A model generated the notes under the pieces. That model searched no databases and had not been told where the DNA came from. It was given only the letters and a program-made list of their open reading frames with translations. Shown one piece after another: positions 61,822 to 64,000 of a DNA stretch of 64,000 bases. The stretch's first letter is position 1; each line of letters opens with the position of its first letter. A program made the translations under genes and the position numbers. Origin of the DNA: an uncultured delta proteobacterium (lineage in GTDB: Bacteria > Desulfobacterota > Binatia > UBA9968); contig CAWDPO010000040.1 of assembly GCA_963804165.1 (NCBI GenBank), positions 32,001 through 96,000 on the forward strand, given 5' to 3'.

Positions 61822-64000
61822 ATTTCTCCCGTCTCACGCGTTGTCGTTGTGTTAACATCCAATCGCCGCGGTTGATTGGACGCCCAACGTATCGCTTCGA
61901 GAGATTCCGCCAACCCCGCAACCGTGGGATGCTCGAAAAGGTTGCGCAACGGCATCTCTGCCTGGAAGACCTCACGGAGCTGCGACATGACTTGAGTGGC
62001 TTTCAGAGAATGGCCGCCTAAATCAAAGAAGTTGTCGTAAATACTAACGCGTTCCAATCTGAGAACTTCTCCCCAGATCTTTGCCAGCTTCTCCTCGATC
62101 GGGGTGCGAGCTGCGACGTAGCTCTGCCCCAGTGCCGCTCGGTTCCGATCCGGTGTCGGAAGCGCGCCACGGTCTACCTTGCCGTTAGGGGTGAGCGGCA
62201 ATGAACCTAAAAACACGAAGGCCGATGGCACCATGTAATCGGGCAGCTTCTCTTTTAAAAAGCGACGTAGCTCGTGGGTTGTAGTGGCAGGCTCCTGCTT
62301 AGATATCACGTAGGCTACCAGTTCCTCTTCGCGAGTGCTTTCTTCAAACGCAGTCACGACAGTTTCCCGCACCGAAGGGTGTTGGCCCAGCACTGACTCG
62401 ACTTCTCCCAGTTCGACTCGAAAACCCCGGATCTTGATCTGATGATCAATACGACCAAGAAATTCAATGTTACCATCGGGCAGGTAACGAGCCAGATCCC
62501 CGGTCCGGTACAAACGTGCTGTCGGATCATTACTGAAGGGATCGGGAATGAACCTTTCGGCCGTCAGTTCCGGGCGCTTGAAGTAGCCGCGCGCCAAGCC
62601 GGCGCCACCAATATGCAGCTCGCCTGGGATCCCTACAGGCACCGGCTGTAGGTTGTCGTCCAGCAGATAAATCCGCCTATCGGCGATGGGACGGCCGATT
62701 GGGATCGATTCACCCTTAGACCCGGTCGATGTGATTCGGCTGATTGCTGCCCAAACTGTCGCCTCCGTGGGCCCGTAAAAATTCCAAACAGAAACACCCC
62801 ATTCCATGGACGGAGAGGCCAGGTCTCGGGGGAAGGCTTCACCGCCACAAATAATCAGCCGAAGGCTCCAGTAATCGGCGTTCTTCGGGCCTTTGGGGAT
62901 TGCCTCGACGAGTTGACGCATAGCCGAGGGGGTTTGGTTGAGAATCGTCACGCGCTCCGAGCGCAACAAATCGTGCAAGGCTGCAGGCGATTGGGCCACG
63001 TGCAGCGGAATAACTATCAGCCGACCACCCTGAAGAAGCGCTCCCCAAATCTCCCAAACTGAGAAATCGAAAGCGTAGGAATGGAAAACGGTCCAAACGT
63101 CGTGTTCATCAAAGCCGAACAATGGCCGAGTCGCCTCCAACAGGCGAAACACGCTACGATGGCAGATTTGAACTCCCTTGGGACGGCCGGTGGAGCCGGA
63201 GGTATAGATCACGTAGGCGAGGTTCTCGGGTGTCATCCGGATGGAAAGGTTTTCCTCGCTTTCTTCAGCGATGATTTCCCAGTCGGCGTCCAGACATATA
63301 ACTTTATCTAGCTGCCTAGGCAGCCTCTCGAGAACATGGTGTTGAGTTAGCAGCAGCGCCGCTTGGATGTCTTTCAGTATGAAGGCCGACCGCTCGGCAG
63401 GATAGGCCGGGTCCAGTGGAACATAAGCGCCACCCGCCTTGAGGATCGCAAGCAATCCCACTATCATCTCCACGGAACGCTCGACGCAGATCGCTACCGG
63501 CACTTCGGGCTTTAACCCGAGCTTCGTTAGATAGTGCGCCAATTGGTTCGCCCGCCCGTTCAGCTCTCCATAGGTGAGCCGTGTTTCCTCATAGACCAGT
63601 GCGATGGCATCGGGGGTCTCCTTGACTCGTGCCTCAAACAGCTCGTGGAGACATCGATCGTGCACATCATCCATCCGACTACCGCTCCACTCGATCAATA
63701 CCTGTTGCCGCTCTGCTTCGGTCAACAGCGGTAAGGTTGAAAGACGCTCATCGGGATCCGCTGCAATGCCTTCCAGCAACGTCTGAAAATGTTCCGCCAT
63801 GCGGCGGATCGTCCCAGCGTCGAAAACATCGGTGTTATACTCCAACGTCCCTATGAGACCTTGTGGGCTCTCTTGTAAATCGAGGGCTAGATCGAATCGG
63901 GCCGTCCCGCTATCCAGTTGCATGCGGCTCGAAAGTGAGCCCGGGCAGTTCCAACAACGGGGTCCCGGTGTTGTTAAGGGCGAATAATATTTGGAACAGT
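61818..64000 (-). CDS. NRPS module (end of C domain-A-PCP), running off the window; frameshift near 63930
   Basis: 'LFQILF', 'ARFDLAL', 'YTSGSTGRPKG', 'YGPTE', 'YRTGD', 'FFDLGGHSL'; 4-bp overlap with the next NRPS gene. Confidence 0.93.
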   Translation of the reverse strand, partial: CSKYYSPLTTPGPRCWNCPGSLSSRMQLDSGTARFDLALDLQESPQGLIGTLEYNTDVFDAGTIRRMAEHFQTLLEGIAADPDERLSTLPLLTEAERQQVLIEWSGSRMDDVHDRCLHELFEARVKETPDAIALVYEETRLTYGELNGRANQLAHYLTKLGLKPEVPVAICVERSVEMIVGLLAILKAGGAYVPLDPAYPAERSAFILKDIQAALLLTQHHVLERLPRQLDKVICLDADWEIIAEESEENLSIRMTPENLAYVIYTSGSTGRPKGVQICHRSVFRLLEATRPLFGFDEHDVWTVFHSYAFDFSVWEIWGALLQGGRLIVIPLHVAQSPAALHDLLRSERVTILNQTPSAMRQLVEAIPKGPKNADYWSLRLIICGGEAFPRDLASPSMEWGVSVWNFYGPTEATVWAAISRITSTGSKGESIPIGRPIADRRIYLLDDNLQPVPVGIPGELHIGGAGLARGYFKRPELTAERFIPDPFSNDPTARLYRTGDLARYLPDGNIEFLGRIDHQIKIRGFRVELGEVESVLGQHPSVRETVVTAFEESTREEELVAYVISKQEPATTTHELRRFLKEKLPDYMVPSAFVFLGSLPLTPNGKVDRGALPTPDRNRAALGQSYVAARTPIEEKLAKIWGEVLRLERVSIYDNFFDLGGHSLKATQVMSQLREVFQAEMPLRNLFEHPTVAGLAESLEAIRWASNQPRRLDVNTTTTRETGEI

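Noticed and set aside
1-64000. tRNA, rRNA, CRISPR array, integrase or transposase genes
   Set aside because: None recognised by eye on either strand.

Overview
Bacterial window of moderately high GC with three zones. (1) 0.07-24.5 kb: an mlaD/pqiC pair, then a long co-directional glycogen-catabolism and sugar-phosphate cluster (glgP, pgm, histidine phosphatase, two class I aldolases, phosphoketolase, an unknown 487-aa protein, ackA, tkt, malQ, HAD hydrolase, pgi, glgX). In it rpiB, a tal/pgi fusion and tal survive only as deletion relics. (2) 24.8-56 kb: an accessory, general-stress-like island (MscS, two YihY, hemerythrin, SDR, BON, SRPBCC, DUF6496, DUF3309, DUF2892, DUF6328, a dual-kinase hybrid sensor, receivers, PLD, a PmtA-like methyltransferase). 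It also holds a metallothionein missing from the ORF track, many gene fragments and a small MITE. About a dozen -24/-12 sigma54 promoter motifs sit just upstream of these genes, several with a nearby GTAGG..CCTAC-like palindrome, suggesting a sigma54-run stress regulon. (3) 56-64 kb, minus strand: the end of an NRPS cluster (C-A-PCP; docking-C-A-PCP-TE with a Cys-type thioesterase motif) and a GT4 glycosyltransferase, both broken by single-base frameshifts that may be sequencing errors. No rRNA, tRNA or CRISPR array was seen. Family names are from my recognition of motifs, not from database searches.
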